Positions 22,247 to 34,023 of a stretch of DNA of 64,000 bases are shown one piece after another. The position numbers and the translations under genes are program-made. Positions within the stretch are counted from its first letter, which is position 1, and each line of letters starts with the position of its first letter. Source of the DNA: Flavobacteriales bacterium. GTDB taxonomy: Bacteria; Bacteroidota; Bacteroidia; Flavobacteriales_F; PHOS-HE28. Below the pieces are notes generated by a model. That model did no database searches, had not been told where the DNA came from, and saw nothing but the letters and a program-made list of their open reading frames with translations. The stretch spans positions 576,797 through 640,796 of the forward strand of contig JASGIM010000003.1 in the NCBI GenBank assembly GCA_047601855.1, read 5' to 3'.

Positions 22247-23497
22247 GTGCGCAGTTTCGACATCCCCACCCACTACCGCAGCGAGCTCGTCGGCCGCCTG
22301 AAGGCTTGGCGCAAGGCGCAGGACCCCAAGAAGAAGGACCTCACCCCTACCCTGTTGGACCTGGGCCCGGTGCGCTTCGTCTTCGCCCGGCATTTCGGCT
22401 TCTGCTACGGCGTGGAGAACGCCATCGAGATCAGCTACCAGGCCATCGAACAGAACCCCGGCAAACGCATCTTCCTGCTGAGCCAGATGATCCACAACCC
22501 CGAGGTGAACGCCGACCTCGAAAGCCACGGGCTGCGCTTCATCCAGGACACGCACGGCCGCATGCTGATGGACTGGAACGAGCTGAACGCCGACGACATC
22601 GTGATCATCCCCGCGTTCGGCACCACGCTGGAAACGGAGGAACGCCTGAAGGCCATCGGCATCGACCCGCTGCGCCACAATACCACCTGCCCCTTCGTGG
22701 AAAAGGTGTGGAAACGCAGCGCGCAGCTGGGCGAGAAGGACTACACCGTGGTGATCCACGGCAAGGCCGCGCACGAGGAGACGCGCGCCACCTTCAGCCA
22801 TACCGCGCAGGGCGCACCGGCGGTGATCGTGAAGGACATGGACGAGGCGCAGCTGCTGGGCCGCATCATTCTGGGTGAAGAACCGATCGCGCGTTTCACC
22901 GAGGTGTTCGGCGCGCGCTGCACGCCCGGTTTCGATCCCGCCCGCAATCTGCAACGCATCGGCGTGGTGAACCAGACCACCATGCTCGCCACCGAGACAC
23001 AGGCCATCGCCGACCACCTCAAGCAGGTGATGGTCCGCAAGTACGGCGCCGGTCCCGGGCCTGACCCGGGAAAAGCTCATTTTGCCGACACGCGCGATAC
23101 GCTCTGCTACGCCACTAACGACAACCAGGACGCCACCAACGAATTGCTGAAGGCCGATGCCGACCTCGCGCTCGTGGTGGGCGGCTACAACAGCAGCAAC
23201 ACCAGCCACTTGGTGGAGCTGCTGGAACACCGCTTCCTCACCTACTTCATCAATGGCGAGAAGGAGTTGCTGAGCGCCGATGAGATCGAGCATTTCAACT
23301 ACCCGGCGCAGAAGCTGGAACGCACCACGGGCTGGCTGCCCCTCGGATCTGCTCAGGGCCACAAGCCCGTGACGATCATCCTCACCAGCGGGGCGAGCTG
23401 CCCGGATACGCTGCTGGATAGGGTGATGCTGAAGGTGCTGGGCTTCGTGGATGGGGTGAAGGATCCGGTGGAGACGGTTGGAGGAATGACCGGATGA
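22247..23497 (+). CDS. ispH: 4-hydroxy-3-methylbut-2-enyl diphosphate reductase
   Basis: FGFCYGV, IHNP, TTCPFV, HEET, NQTT, DTLCYAT, SSNT, GASCP. Confidence 0.95.
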   Translation: MRSFDIPTHYRSELVGRLKAWRKAQDPKKKDLTPTLLDLGPVRFVFARHFGFCYGVENAIEISYQAIEQNPGKRIFLLSQMIHNPEVNADLESHGLRFIQDTHGRMLMDWNELNADDIVIIPAFGTTLETEERLKAIGIDPLRHNTTCPFVEKVWKRSAQLGEKDYTVVIHGKAAHEETRATFSHTAQGAPAVIVKDMDEAQLLGRIILGEEPIARFTEVFGARCTPGFDPARNLQRIGVVNQTTMLATETQAIADHLKQVMVRKYGAGPGPDPGKAHFADTRDTLCYATNDNQDATNELLKADADLALVVGGYNSSNTSHLVELLEHRFLTYFINGEKELLSADEIEHFNYPAQKLERTTGWLPLGSAQGHKPVTIILTSGASCPDTLLDRVMLKVLGFVDGVKDPVETVGGMTG

Positions 23498-23506
23498 GCC
23501 GTGGTC

Positions 23507-24013
23507 ATGAGAAAGCTACTTCTTCTGATCGGCATCCTTGCCTCCGGCCTGCGCGTCACAGCATACTCTAATTATAACCAGATGAAAGACACCGTCCCAT
23601 CCGCCAAGGAGGAATGTGAAGCCCTTCTGAACTACGTACTCCCCTTTGCTGAAAAATTCCTACAGGAACAGGGAGAGTTCTTTCCGTTCGGGGCCGTGAT
23701 GAAGACCAACAGAGAAATGGTCTCCGTTGCCGGTCACGATGGAAGGGAGCAACCTCCTTCTGATGATGTGATCCGAATCCTGAAGGAAGGCTTCATCGAG
23801 GGCGCGAAGAACGGCTCATATCGGGCGACCGCACTTGCTTATGACGTACGGATCACCGCCCCGGCCGGTGAAAAGCAGGATGCCATCGCGATCGCCCTCG
23901 ACCACCCAAGGGAATACTCGGTGATCGTCTACTTCCCATATCGAATGGTTGATGGGATACTGTCGATAGGAGAGCCGATGGCGAACAATGGTACCGGTGG
24001 GATTTTTCATTGA
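23507..24013 (+). CDS. Hypothetical protein with a possible signal peptide
   Basis: Clean ORF right after ispH, lower GC than flanks; GEFFPFGA motif. Confidence 0.65.
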   Translation: MRKLLLLIGILASGLRVTAYSNYNQMKDTVPSAKEECEALLNYVLPFAEKFLQEQGEFFPFGAVMKTNREMVSVAGHDGREQPPSDDVIRILKEGFIEGAKNGSYRATALAYDVRITAPAGEKQDAIAIALDHPREYSVIVYFPYRMVDGILSIGEPMANNGTGGIFH

Positions 24014-24086
24014 TACAGACACCTTGCCCCAAGAGAAGTTCGGAATGTGTACCGGAGTAGCTTGGTGGGGTAGGCCTGGCCGCAAC

Positions 24087-24989
24087 ATGAAGGCATTCCT
24101 CTTCTGCATCGCCTGGCTCATTGTCAGCTTCGCTTCATCTGGACAAGCGGGAACCAAGCTCCGTGCCTCCCTCCTGTTCGATCGAGCATCGACCCATGCC
24201 GCACGGCAAGAGTGGAAGGACGCCCTTCGATGCTTCGATGAAGCTTTCACGCTGGACCCGTGGCAGGCTCCCTATTACTACGAGGCGTTCTCCGCCGCCC
24301 TTGCCATGGGCGATACGGCCCGCGCCAATGAAATGCTGCGGGCCGGTGTACACCATGGGTTCAACCCGGAAGTTTGGACAGGAGACAAAAAACTGGTCGG
24401 GTTCCTTGCAGGCCCTTCTTCCACGCCGTTCAGGGCGCATTGGGACGAGGATAAGCGAGCGTTCACCGTATTGGTGGATACCACTTTCATCAGCGAGTTG
24501 GATTCCATGGTGATCGAAGACCAGCGCTTCCGGGCAGAAGAATGGGGCCCCCAGATGCATCTGGTCGATTCGCTCAACTTCGAGGGCCTCATCCATCACT
24601 TCGATCATTACGGCCTTCCCGACCCGCCCACCCTGAGGGCAGCCTATGGTAACCTGTTCCTCCTCCTTTGGCACCATCGCGGTCCAGAATATCCGGGCTC
24701 CCCGCAATGGCAACGGGTACTTCCACACATCCGTAAAGCCATCGATGAAGGACTGCTGGAGCCCTCCTTCCTCTGCATGTTCGACGACTTCAGCGACCAT
24801 GAACGCGGGCTACCCATGCGCTACGGCGCTTTGCTCTATTACTTCAGCGCGCTTCCCGAGAGCCTCTACTTCGTGGATTGGGATACGTTGACCAGCAACC
24901 GGGCATCGGTGGGCTGGGGGCCTATCGAAGACTTCGCCATCCAAATGGGCGTAAGCCTTTCCAACGTGCGATTCGCGCCCAAGCCTTGA
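24087..24989 (+). CDS. Secreted TPR-like protein with a DUF6624-like C-terminal domain
   Basis: Signal peptide; LDSMVIEDQRFR, DSLNFE, LLLWHH, YG and NRASVGWGPIE motifs. Confidence 0.6.
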   Translation: MKAFLFCIAWLIVSFASSGQAGTKLRASLLFDRASTHAARQEWKDALRCFDEAFTLDPWQAPYYYEAFSAALAMGDTARANEMLRAGVHHGFNPEVWTGDKKLVGFLAGPSSTPFRAHWDEDKRAFTVLVDTTFISELDSMVIEDQRFRAEEWGPQMHLVDSLNFEGLIHHFDHYGLPDPPTLRAAYGNLFLLLWHHRGPEYPGSPQWQRVLPHIRKAIDEGLLEPSFLCMFDDFSDHERGLPMRYGALLYYFSALPESLYFVDWDTLTSNRASVGWGPIEDFAIQMGVSLSNVRFAPKP

Positions 24990-25060
24990 TCGGGCGCATT
25001 CTCTGAAAGGCGCGCCTTTCCATTGACCATGCAGCGATGGATGCGAGGAAGCGAACAGAT

Positions 25061-25068
25061 TATCTTTG
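25061..25068 (+). promoter_or_regulatory. -7 promoter element of the vapBC operon
   Basis: TATCTTTG, with 5 nt between it and ATG 25074. Confidence 0.6.
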
Positions 25069-25073
25069 CTTGT

Positions 25074-25343
25074 ATGAAAGCCAGGCGCCTTGAACTCAAT
25101 ATCGTTGACGACCACGTGGCTGCGATCGAGCGTCATGGTGTGGAGGCCATGAAGAAGGCCATCGCCGCCCTCAACGCCCGGCTGAAGCGTTCAACGCGGA
25201 AAGGATCCAAGTCGCAGGAGGAACGAGAGAACGAACTCTTCTGGAAGTCGTTCGGTGGTTGGCAGGGCGATGGCACAGCCGAAGAACTGATTGAAAAGAT
25301 CCGCAAAGCGCGCACCTTCACACGGGTCCGTGAGAAGTTGTAG
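25074..25343 (+). CDS. Putative VapB-type antitoxin
   Basis: Small gene directly upstream of a PIN toxin; C-terminal FGGWQGDGTAEELIEKIRKAR resembles Bacteroidota antitoxins. Confidence 0.7.
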   Translation: MKARRLELNIVDDHVAAIERHGVEAMKKAIAALNARLKRSTRKGSKSQEERENELFWKSFGGWQGDGTAEELIEKIRKARTFTRVREKL

Positions 25344-25345
25344 CC

Positions 25346-25738
25346 ATGTACTTGCTTGACACGAACGCGTGTATCCATTTCATGCGCGGCATGCATGGGA
25401 TGGAGAACGCCGTGGCTCGTGTCGGACCTACGAGCTGCCGCATTTCCGAGATCACATACGCCGAGTTGCTCTTTGGTGTGGAGAACAGCGACCGCCGAAA
25501 ACACAACTTGGAGAATCTGGAGCGGTTCCTGCTCCGCATATCCATCCTTCCGGTTTGGCCTGCCATTCCTGTGTATGCCAAAGAACGCGCCCGCTTGGAG
25601 CGCATCGGTCGCCGTGTTGACGACTTCGACCTCCTGATCGGCGCCACCGCCGTCCACCACGGTCTTACGCTGGTCACCAACAACACGAAGCACTTCCAGC
25701 GACTGAACGACATCAAGTTGGAGGACTGGACCCGCTGA
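25346..25738 (+). CDS. vapC: VapC PIN-domain toxin
   Basis: YLLDTN, ITYAEL, DFDLLIGATA, LVTNNTKHF...LEDW. Confidence 0.93.
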   Translation: MYLLDTNACIHFMRGMHGMENAVARVGPTSCRISEITYAELLFGVENSDRRKHNLENLERFLLRISILPVWPAIPVYAKERARLERIGRRVDDFDLLIGATAVHHGLTLVTNNTKHFQRLNDIKLEDWTR

Positions 25739-25740
25739 CC

Positions 25741-26664
25741 ATGGGGCGTTCCCGTTCGCACCACTTCGTTCGTACCATCGGCCACGCCACGGCCTTTGCC
25801 GTGGCAGCATATGTGTCCTGCACGCCTGCGGCCGCGCAATCACCGGAGTGCATCGCGAACCACCGCCGGTTGAGCAGGGCTCTGGCGCTGACGCAGCAGG
25901 GGGATCATGTGGCTGCGCTGGCCGTATGGGATACCGCGTTTGCCCGGTGCCGGTACGTGCTATGGGACCGGCTCATGGCCACCGAGGTCGCGTTCGATCC
26001 ACGGCGATACGGCCCATGCTATCGCCTATCTGCGCGGCTTGTACGCCAGTGGGGACGCGCCGATGGTCGCCTACTCCGATCCGATCAAGGGCCTGCTCGC
26101 ACGCGGCTTCCACGAACCGGACCTGGGCAACCTGCGCTCGGCCATGGATGAATGGGCCGCCAAAGCCGACTCCACGTGGATCAAGGCCCTGCTGGAGATG
26201 AAGGAACTGGACCAGAGCCACCGGAACGATGACGCCCTGATGCGCCACAACGACAGCCTGGACCTGGAGCGGCTCATCACCCTTACCGAACAGCGTGGCT
26301 TTCCCGCGCCAGGATGACCGGCAATTCGTTCGGCATCGTGGAGCTGTTGCTGTGGCACCACCGTGATGAACTGGGGAGGAACGCTCGTCTTCAGTACTAC
26401 TGCGATCTGGCGCGCAAGGAGATGGCCGACTGCCGGATCCCTCCGGACTTCCTCACCGGTCTGTTCGACTACGATGCGTGGCAGGAACGGAAGCCCCTAC
26501 CTTACGGCACACTGATCTACTACTTCCGCAACAACCTCGGCGAAATGCATCTACCGGACCTTGCCACCCTGGACCGGGACCGCGCAAGCGTTGGCTTGGG
26601 GCCGATCGAGGAGTTCGCGCGGAGGATGGAGGTGCCGTTCGAGGCGCTGCCGATCGGGAGGTGA
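25741..26664 (+). pseudogene. Paralog of 24087-24989 broken by two frameshifts (pseudogene or sequencing error)
   Basis: Three overlapping ORFs (25741, 25907, 26314) join into one protein with GDTAHA, ELDQSHR, DSLDLE, LLLWHH and RASVGLGPIE, colinear with the paralog. Confidence 0.7.
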
Positions 26665-26666
26665 TC

Positions 26667-27367
26667 TTACGCCTCCGCCACCTCGCCGATCACCTTCACC
26701 ACGTGGCCGAGGGCGAGGTTGAACTGTTCTTCCGAGGAGAGGTCGCTGTTGTCGATCTCGATGGCGTCCGGCGCTTTCATCAGGGGATCGGCGGCGCGCT
26801 TGGTGTCGTCCTCGTCGCGGCGCTCGATGTTCTCCAGCACGCTGGCATAGTCCACCTCCACCCCGCGGCCTTTCAGTTCCAGGTAGCGGCGCGTGGCGCG
26901 CACGTCGGGGCGGGCGGTCATGTACAGCTTCACCTCGGCATCCGGGAAGACCACGGTGCCGATGTCGCGGCCGTCCATCACCACGCCATGGGCCTTCCCC
27001 ATCTCCTGCTGGAGCCTCACGAGCTTGGCGCGGACCTCGGGCACGGGGCTCACGAGCGTTACATGCCGGCTCACCTCCATGCCGCGGATCTTGTGCTCCA
27101 CGTTGCGGCCGTTCAGCCAGGTCTCGCTGCGTTGGGTGTGGTCGTCGTGCCGGAAGTTGATGTCGATGCCGTCCAGCACCCGCAGCAGGTTCGGACCGTC
27201 CAGCTTCCCCCGATCACCAGCCCGTTCTCGATCACGTACAGTGCGATGGCGCGGTACATGGCCCCGCTGTCGATGTACGTGTAGTGGAGGTGGTGCGCCA
27301 GCTGTTTCGCCAACGTGCTCTTGCCGCAGCTGCTGAACCCGTCGATGGCGATGTTGATGCGGCGCAT
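26667..27367 (-). CDS. cmk: Cytidylate kinase (one frameshift near 27207, probably a sequencing error)
   Basis: [13 protein letters not shown] and DSGAMYR in ORF 27113-27367; [14 protein letters not shown] in ORF 26667-27179; break in a C5/G5 run. Confidence 0.9.
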
Positions 27368-27418
27368 GGCGGTCGTGGACCGCGCGCTAAAGTAGGGTGC
27401 CGTCCCCGTCCGGGCCGG

Positions 27419-28483
27419 TCAGCCCTTTTCCTTCGGCGCAAGATCCGCGAAGCGCAGGGCCAGGGTGATGGTATTGCTGGCCCCGGCCGGATTGAACTGC
27501 GCATAGCTGTAGCTCACGTGCAGCTTGCTCACCTTCAGGCCGATACCCAGCGAGAAGCCGGTGAGACCGGGCTTGGCATCGATGCGCAGCTCCTGGCGGC
27601 GGCGATAGTTGTAGCCCACGCGCAGCATGAAGTTCTTTCCGAACAGGATCTCCACGTTCGGCACCACGTGCAACAGGGCGCGGTCCGCGCTGGTCACCTT
27701 GTCCACGATGGCCTCCCCCGTGGTCGGGTCGATCGTGGCCTGCTTGTTCGGGTCCGCGTAGGTGAGGTCCCATTGTTGGAGGTTGTCCACGCCCAGCCCC
27801 AAGCGGAAGGGGGCATGGCGGAACTTGTAGGATGCCGCGAACTGCACTTGGAACGGCAGCTTCTCCTTGGTCGCGGTGTAGCCGCTGGTGACCATGCCCA
27901 TGTTGCGCAAGGTGGCGGCGAGGGTGAGGCCCATGCTCCGCTTCACGAACACGCCGCCCACGTCGAAGGCGAAGCCCGTGGCCGTATAGCTCTCCAGGCT
28001 GGAGCTGATGAACTTGACGTTGGCGCCGATGCTGAACAGGCTGTCGATGGCGCGGCCTGCCCCCACCTGTACCACGTATTCGCCGGCGTGGAAGGTGCCT
28101 TGGTCCGCCCCTGTCTCGTCGCGGCGCGTCATGGTGCCGTAGTCCACGTACTGCACCGATCCGCCCAGGGTGATGCCCACGCTGTCGAAGCTGTGGCCAT
28201 AGGCGGCGTAGCCGATGTTCACCTTGTCGACGTACGGCAGGTAGCTCAGGGCCACTTGGCGCGCCATGGAGGCATTGAGCAACGCGGGATTGAACAGGCC
28301 CAGGTTCAGGTCGTTGTCATACACGGCCACCGGCGATCCCCCCAGTGCGGAAATGCGCGCCGAGCTGGGGATGTCGAGCACGCGGAACACGGCCTTGCCA
28401 CCCAGCTGTGCCTGTAGCAACTGCCCCAGGACCAGGGCAGGAACGATCAACAAGGAACGGAGGCGTGCGGAATGGTGCGGCAT
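27419..28483 (-). CDS. porQ: Type IX secretion system protein PorQ
   Basis: SARISALGG, NPALL, LRVGYNYRRRQEL; adjacent to cmk as in the usual lon-porQ-cmk order. Confidence 0.85.
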   Translation of the reverse strand: MPHHSARLRSLLIVPALVLGQLLQAQLGGKAVFRVLDIPSSARISALGGSPVAVYDNDLNLGLFNPALLNASMARQVALSYLPYVDKVNIGYAAYGHSFDSVGITLGGSVQYVDYGTMTRRDETGADQGTFHAGEYVVQVGAGRAIDSLFSIGANVKFISSSLESYTATGFAFDVGGVFVKRSMGLTLAATLRNMGMVTSGYTATKEKLPFQVQFAASYKFRHAPFRLGLGVDNLQQWDLTYADPNKQATIDPTTGEAIVDKVTSADRALLHVVPNVEILFGKNFMLRVGYNYRRRQELRIDAKPGLTGFSLGIGLKVSKLHVSYSYAQFNPAGASNTITLALRFADLAPKEKG

Positions 28484-28542
28484 ACAGGGATCCTCGGCGC
28501 GAAGGGAACGCAAGATAGCGGCGGGTAGTATCCCCCGATCGC

Positions 28543-30114
28543 TCAGTGGAAGGAGACGATGCCGAAGCGGTAGGACGAGCCGTCCTGCAAGCAGACCAGC
28601 AGGCGGCTGCCGGATAGCGTTGCGCAATACGTGGGTGCGAGAAGCTTCCCATTGTGGTCCGCGCCAAGCAGTGGCGCTTCTTGCTTCTGTCCATCCGGGC
28701 CGATCGTCATCAGCATGGTGGCGGAGCCGTTATCAGGCCCATCGAAGGTGGAGGGACGCTTGCCCGCCTCCAGGCCGAGGTTGTTGAGCCGATCATTGAA
28801 CACGACGTAGAGGTTCTCCTTGTCGGTCACCAGCCGGTAGCTGCCGTACAGGTCGTTCTTCGGTCCGCGCAGATGCTGCCGCTTGGGCACTTTCACGGCC
28901 TGTGCGATGTGGCCGTTGGCATCCACGGTGGCGAAGACGGCATCGTTGTAGATGTGGTGGTCGGAACAGATGGTGCCGTACCGCCCTTCCGTGCAGATCT
29001 GGTAGGACCTTCCCGCTTCCCCGGAGAACGCCCATCCACCGCCCGGACGTTCCAGGATGGGATCCATGCGCAGGCCCGGCATCTCCAGTTCCTCATCCCG
29101 CCGATCGGCCTTGCGCTCCGCCTGCCTGGCTGCGGACCCGCTCAATCCTTCGGTGATGAAGGCATCCGAAAAGTCGTGGTGGTCCTCCGTTCTTACCCTC
29201 AGGTCCGCGGGATCGAGGCGCAGGAAGAACACGCCCCCTACGCCGGTCCCATCGGAGCCGCCGTACGAGCCGCTGCACAGGATGTCGCCGTTCGCATCCT
29301 CCCGGAAAGCAGCGTCCTGCAGGTTGTGGCCTCCCAGCGCGATCGGGTACTTGTGCCATTCGCCGTCCGCATCCGCTCGCGCCAGCCAGAACCCGGCCTC
29401 ATCCGGGCGCAGTTGCACCGGAGGCTCCCCTTTTTTCGTGGGTTGCCGCTGCACCAGGTACAACAGGGCCCCTCCTTTGGTGCGGAAATGCTTGACGATG
29501 GTCATGCCTTCGCCGGGAGCGGGTTCGCCAAGTGCGTCCCCATCGGGCTCTGCGGCAGGCACTTCGTTCAGGTCCAGGTCGAGGTGAACGGTGCCCGTGG
29601 TCGCCTCCCCCCTTCTCCCCGGAGCGTATGTGCCGATGCGGATTCCCTTCCGGCCGGGCAGCAGGTCGATGTTGAAACGTCCGATGTCCCGGGCATCCTC
29701 CACGTTGATCGCGGCCACCCGGCGGCGCTCGCCCATGGGCGTGTAGTCCGCTTCCGCGTAGATGCGCGCGAACAGTTCGTTCTTGTCCGCCCGCTTGTCG
29801 TATTTGGTGGTGAAGACGATGAAGCGATCGTCCAACGGGAGGATCCGGGCCAACCGGCGATCATCCGCCTGCATGCCTTGATCGACCTCCTTGGCATACA
29901 CCAAGGCCAGATCGGGACCCAGCTTCGCGATCAACTGTTCCTCCTTCCGTTGCAGCCAGAGGTAGGATGCATCGTTATGGACGCTCATGACCATGCGGAA
30001 CTCCCCATCCGTTCGTTCCTGGTATTCCCGGCCCCATTGGATCTCCGCGTGTTGGGCGGATGAGGTCAGCGCGGCAACGATGCCGAGGATGGAAAGGGTC
30101 TGACGTGTACGCAT
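28543..30114 (-). CDS. Secreted hypothetical protein (beta-rich)
   Basis: Signal peptide SSA-Q; long ORF with beta-propeller-like short strands; no recognised motif. Confidence 0.65.
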   Translation of the reverse strand: MRTRQTLSILGIVAALTSSAQHAEIQWGREYQERTDGEFRMVMSVHNDASYLWLQRKEEQLIAKLGPDLALVYAKEVDQGMQADDRRLARILPLDDRFIVFTTKYDKRADKNELFARIYAEADYTPMGERRRVAAINVEDARDIGRFNIDLLPGRKGIRIGTYAPGRRGEATTGTVHLDLDLNEVPAAEPDGDALGEPAPGEGMTIVKHFRTKGGALLYLVQRQPTKKGEPPVQLRPDEAGFWLARADADGEWHKYPIALGGHNLQDAAFREDANGDILCSGSYGGSDGTGVGGVFFLRLDPADLRVRTEDHHDFSDAFITEGLSGSAARQAERKADRRDEELEMPGLRMDPILERPGGGWAFSGEAGRSYQICTEGRYGTICSDHHIYNDAVFATVDANGHIAQAVKVPKRQHLRGPKNDLYGSYRLVTDKENLYVVFNDRLNNLGLEAGKRPSTFDGPDNGSATMLMTIGPDGQKQEAPLLGADHNGKLLAPTYCATLSGSRLLVCLQDGSSYRFGIVSFH

Positions 30115-30137
30115 GGCCGTGGATCGGGGCGGACAAA

Positions 30138-31346
30138 TTACGGTCCTGCACGCCACAGCAACGATCCATCCCCGTAGCTCAGGAACCGGTAATCGTTCGC
30201 TAGGGCATGGTCGTAGATGCGCCGCCACTCCGGCCCGGCCATTGCGGCGACCAACAGCAGCAGCGTGCTCTGAGGTTGATGGAAGTTGGTGATCAGCCCA
30301 TCGGCCAGCCGGAAGCGGTAGCCGGGAGTGATCAACAGGTGCGTGGTGCCGATCAGCGGGTCGTGATCCAGCGTGTCCATCCACACCAGGACCGCTTCCA
30401 GGGCCTCGGCCGTGGAAGGTTCGCCGCTCCCTTCATAGGGGCGCCATTGCCCGATGGACATCGTCCTGTGCGAGCTGCCCGCCAGCAGATCGGCGCCGTG
30501 CCAATAGAGGCTTTCGATGGTGCGCAAGGCCGTGGTGCCCACCGGCACGACCGGTCCCTTTCCGAGGTGGGCCGCCAGGGAAGCCACGGTGCTGCGTTCA
30601 ATGCGGACCTGTTCGCCATGCATCGCGTGACCGGCCATGGTGGCGCTCTTCACGGGCAGGAAGGTGCCCGCACCCACGTGCAGCGTTACCGGTGCGGTGG
30701 TCATGCCGCGGGAACGCAGGGCTTCCATGAGCGCCGGTGTGAAGTGCAGGCTCGCCGTGGGAGCGGCCACCGATCCGGGCCGCACGCCGAACACGGTATT
30801 GTAGCGGACGTCATCGTCGGCGTCGGCCGCGCGGCGCATGTAAGGGGGCAACGGCACGTCCCCGAAACGCTCCAGCAGCAGCAGGAACGGCGTGGTCCCC
30901 TCCCACCGGAACTCGATCAAGTGCTCCCCGTCGCGCTGATCCACGCGCGCCATCCGCAGGACGTGGCCGTCCTTTTCAGCCGTAAGCTCCTCGCCTTTCC
31001 AGCGCTTCGCATTGCCCACCATGCACCACCACCGGGTGACGCCCCGGTCCTGTAGCGCCGGTTCGATGGCGCGGCCGTCCGCAGGTGAGAGCACCATGCA
31101 TTCGATGAGCGCGCCTGTTGCACGATGGAACGCCAGCCGGGCATGCACCACCCGGGTATCGTTGAGCACGAGCAGGGTGTTGGAGGGAAGCTCTTCGGGC
31201 AGGTCGCGGAAATGCCGGTCGCGGATGGTCCCCTCCTTCCACACGAGGAGCTTGGTGCCGTCGCGCTCCAGCAGCGGACGCTGCGCGATGCGCTCGGGCG
31301 GCAGCGCGTAGATGAAGTCGGCGATGGCGATGTTGCGCGGGTCCAT
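30138..31346 (-). CDS. queA: S-adenosylmethionine:tRNA ribosyltransferase-isomerase
   Basis: LNDTRV, PLPPY, GSVAAPTASLHF, LHVGAGTF, TNFHQPQSTL, YRFLSYGD. Confidence 0.95.
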   Translation of the reverse strand: MDPRNIAIADFIYALPPERIAQRPLLERDGTKLLVWKEGTIRDRHFRDLPEELPSNTLLVLNDTRVVHARLAFHRATGALIECMVLSPADGRAIEPALQDRGVTRWWCMVGNAKRWKGEELTAEKDGHVLRMARVDQRDGEHLIEFRWEGTTPFLLLLERFGDVPLPPYMRRAADADDDVRYNTVFGVRPGSVAAPTASLHFTPALMEALRSRGMTTAPVTLHVGAGTFLPVKSATMAGHAMHGEQVRIERSTVASLAAHLGKGPVVPVGTTALRTIESLYWHGADLLAGSSHRTMSIGQWRPYEGSGEPSTAEALEAVLVWMDTLDHDPLIGTTHLLITPGYRFRLADGLITNFHQPQSTLLLLVAAMAGPEWRRIYDHALANDYRFLSYGDGSLLWRAGP

Positions 31347-31431
31347 GGGACCTGGAGTGAGGGCGCGAAGATCGTTCGAGGCTTCGCTCCTGCCGTGATG
31401 TGACCGCGCGGCCTCTCTATGGTCCGGACGA

Positions 31432-33881
<2,450 letters not shown>

Positions 33882-34023
33882 CTCAGGTCAGGTCGATGCC
33901 AAAGTGGCGCTCTTCAAAGTTACCGGGTATGGCGAATGGCCGCTGCATGCGGCTTTTCAACACGGAGGGCCCACTTCCCAAGGATCGTGCCCAGCGTGTG
34001 GAACGGCAAGGATGGCAGTCCGG

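Noticed and set aside
26667-27367. cmk as a true pseudogene or programmed frameshift
   Set aside because: Single indel in a homopolymer, both halves intact, and similar lesions in other core genes point to sequencing error
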